From assembly GCF_001194135.2 (NCBI RefSeq), contig NC_069003.1, positions 2,842,289 to 2,890,316 of the forward strand: 48,028 nt of DNA. Reading direction: 5' to 3'. This stretch comes from Octopus bimaculoides (Eukaryota). Under the pieces are notes generated by a model. It saw nothing but the letters and a program-made list of their open reading frames with translations, did not search any database and was not told where the DNA came from. Both the position numbers and the translations under genes were made by a program. Positions 46,258 to 48,028 of this stretch are shown piece after piece. Positions within the stretch are counted from its first letter, which is position 1. Each line of letters opens with the position of its first letter.

Positions 46258-47464
46258 ATACATATATGTGTGTGCGTGCGTGTGTGTGTATATTATTTAT
46301 ATACGTATATATATGCATGCATATATATATGTATATACACACACACACAAAGACGTATACGTGCATATAAATTTATGGAAGGCTATGGAGTACAAATATG
46401 TCGGATTTACCTATTTCGATGTAGAATGAAAAACTGAACAGCGTCAATCGATTTTCGACCTTTATTGTAGTCTTATCAGAAATGTCTACTTTGCTTGACC
46501 AATCCTAAAGAAATAAGTAGGCATTCTGTTTATGCAGAAATCTAATCCAATAGCTTTAGAGAGTTAATTTGCACACCATTAGTTTTCAACATTGTATGTA
46601 ATACCAACAGCCTCCCAACGGGGAACCTTGCCTACATAATAACGAGTGATGCTGTTATTGGTAGTATATANNNNNNNNNNNNNNNNNNNNNNNNNNNNNN
46701 NNNNNNNNNNNNNNNNNNNNNNNNNNNNNNNNNNNNNNNNNNNNNNNNNNNNNNNNNNNNNNNNNNNNNNNNNNNNNNNNNNNNNNNNNNNNNNNNNNNN
46801 NNNNNNNNNNNNNNNNNNNNNNNNNNNNNNNNNNNNNNNNNNNNNNNNNNNNNNNNNNNNNNNNNNNNNNNNNNNNNNNNNNNNNNNNNNNNNNNNNNNN
46901 NNNNNNNNNNNNNNNNNNNNNNNNNNNNNNNNNNNNNNNNNNNNNNNNNNNNNNNNNNNNNNNNNNNNNNNNNNNNNNNNNNNNNNNNNNNNNNNNNNNN
47001 NNNNNNNNNNNNNNNNNNNNNNNNNNNNNNNNNNNNNNNNNNNNNNNNNNNNNNNNNNNNNNNNNNNNNNNNNNNNNNNNNNNNNNNNNNNNNNNNNNNN
47101 NNNNNNNNNNNNNNNNNNNNNNNNNNNNNNNNNNNNNNNNNNNNNNNNNNNNNNNNNNNNNNNNNNNNNNNNNNNNNNNNNNNNNNNNNNNNNNNNNNNN
47201 NNNNNNNNNNNNNNNNNNNNNNNNNNNNNNNNNNNNNNNNNNNNNNNNNNNNNNNNNNNNNNNNNNNNNNNNNNNNNNNNNNNNNNNNNNNNNNNNNNNN
47301 NNNNNNNNNNNNNNNNNNNNNNNNNNNNNNNNNNNNNNNNNNNNNNNNNNNNNNNNNNNNNNNNNNNNNNNNNNNNNNNNNNNNNNNNNNNNNNNNNNNN
47401 NNNNNNNNNNNNNNNNNNNNNNNNNNNNNNNNNNNNNNNNNNNNNNNNNNNNNNNNNNNNNNNN

Positions 47465-47503
<39 letters not shown>

Positions 47504-48028
47504 ACACATATATATGCAATCACCGACTCATATATTAATATATATATGTGAAGGTATATTATATATACATACGCACGCAGAGTATGATGAAAATGTTCAT
47601 TAGAAAATCAACAATAACATGAAAAGACTTTAAATTTTACAAAATTGAAATATAATACTAAAAAATAACAATAAGCTAATATTTCAAGCACAGGTATAAC
47701 AACAACAGCAACGACAACAACAAACGACCACGTGAGCAATAGAAATAACGACAAAAGCAACAACAATATTTAAAGCAAGAACAATAACTGTGAAAGTATG
47801 CTTCAAAAGTATATGGCTTTCAAACGGAAAAATTCGAAAATATAAATATATAACATATGATATATAAAAGGTGCAGACGGAAATATAACGGAATGGGGAT
47901 TTAGGAGAGGAAACAGAGAAATAATGAAGTGAAGTCAAAAGAATAATAAAGTCTTAAACTGCTGACCAAATACTTGTTTTAAATTAATTTATGCATATTG
48001 TAAATTTTTCTTTTTTTTTTTTTTTTTT

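Overview
Draft-assembly animal DNA: AT-rich, saturated with microsatellites, and containing 14 N-gaps (about 6.1 kb) that almost all start or end at (TA)n or (GA/TC)n tracts. The interspersed repeats are tRNA-derived SINEs of the kind I recognise from octopus genomes, so the source is probably an Octopus species (inference). There is no intact gene, rRNA, tRNA or CRISPR array. Nearly all ORF-track entries are translated microsatellites or N runs. Well-supported content: (i) about 25 copies or fragments of 4-5 SINE families, showing head/body/tail module swapping, a tandem dimer with shared private mutations, a chimera and an inverted pair; (ii) transposon relics: a Tc1-like transposase with DD36E spacing (3239-3715, minus), a DD37D/maT transposase (33341-33764), a mariner-like C-terminus (41877-42012), the C-terminus of a LINE with a restriction-like endonuclease (28797-29137) and a Penelope-like C-terminus (11170-11313); (iii) a 105-bp hairpin (2877-2981). 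More speculative: short exon-like units on both strands, including a 6-nt microexon with a textbook splice signature (31260-31265, minus) and a 40+17-nt exon pair that together preserve frame (13359-14345, plus). These suggest the window is largely intron of one or more long genes that I cannot identify. I found no evidence sufficient to claim a new biological system; the best leads are the microexon cluster, the DD36E element and the hairpin.
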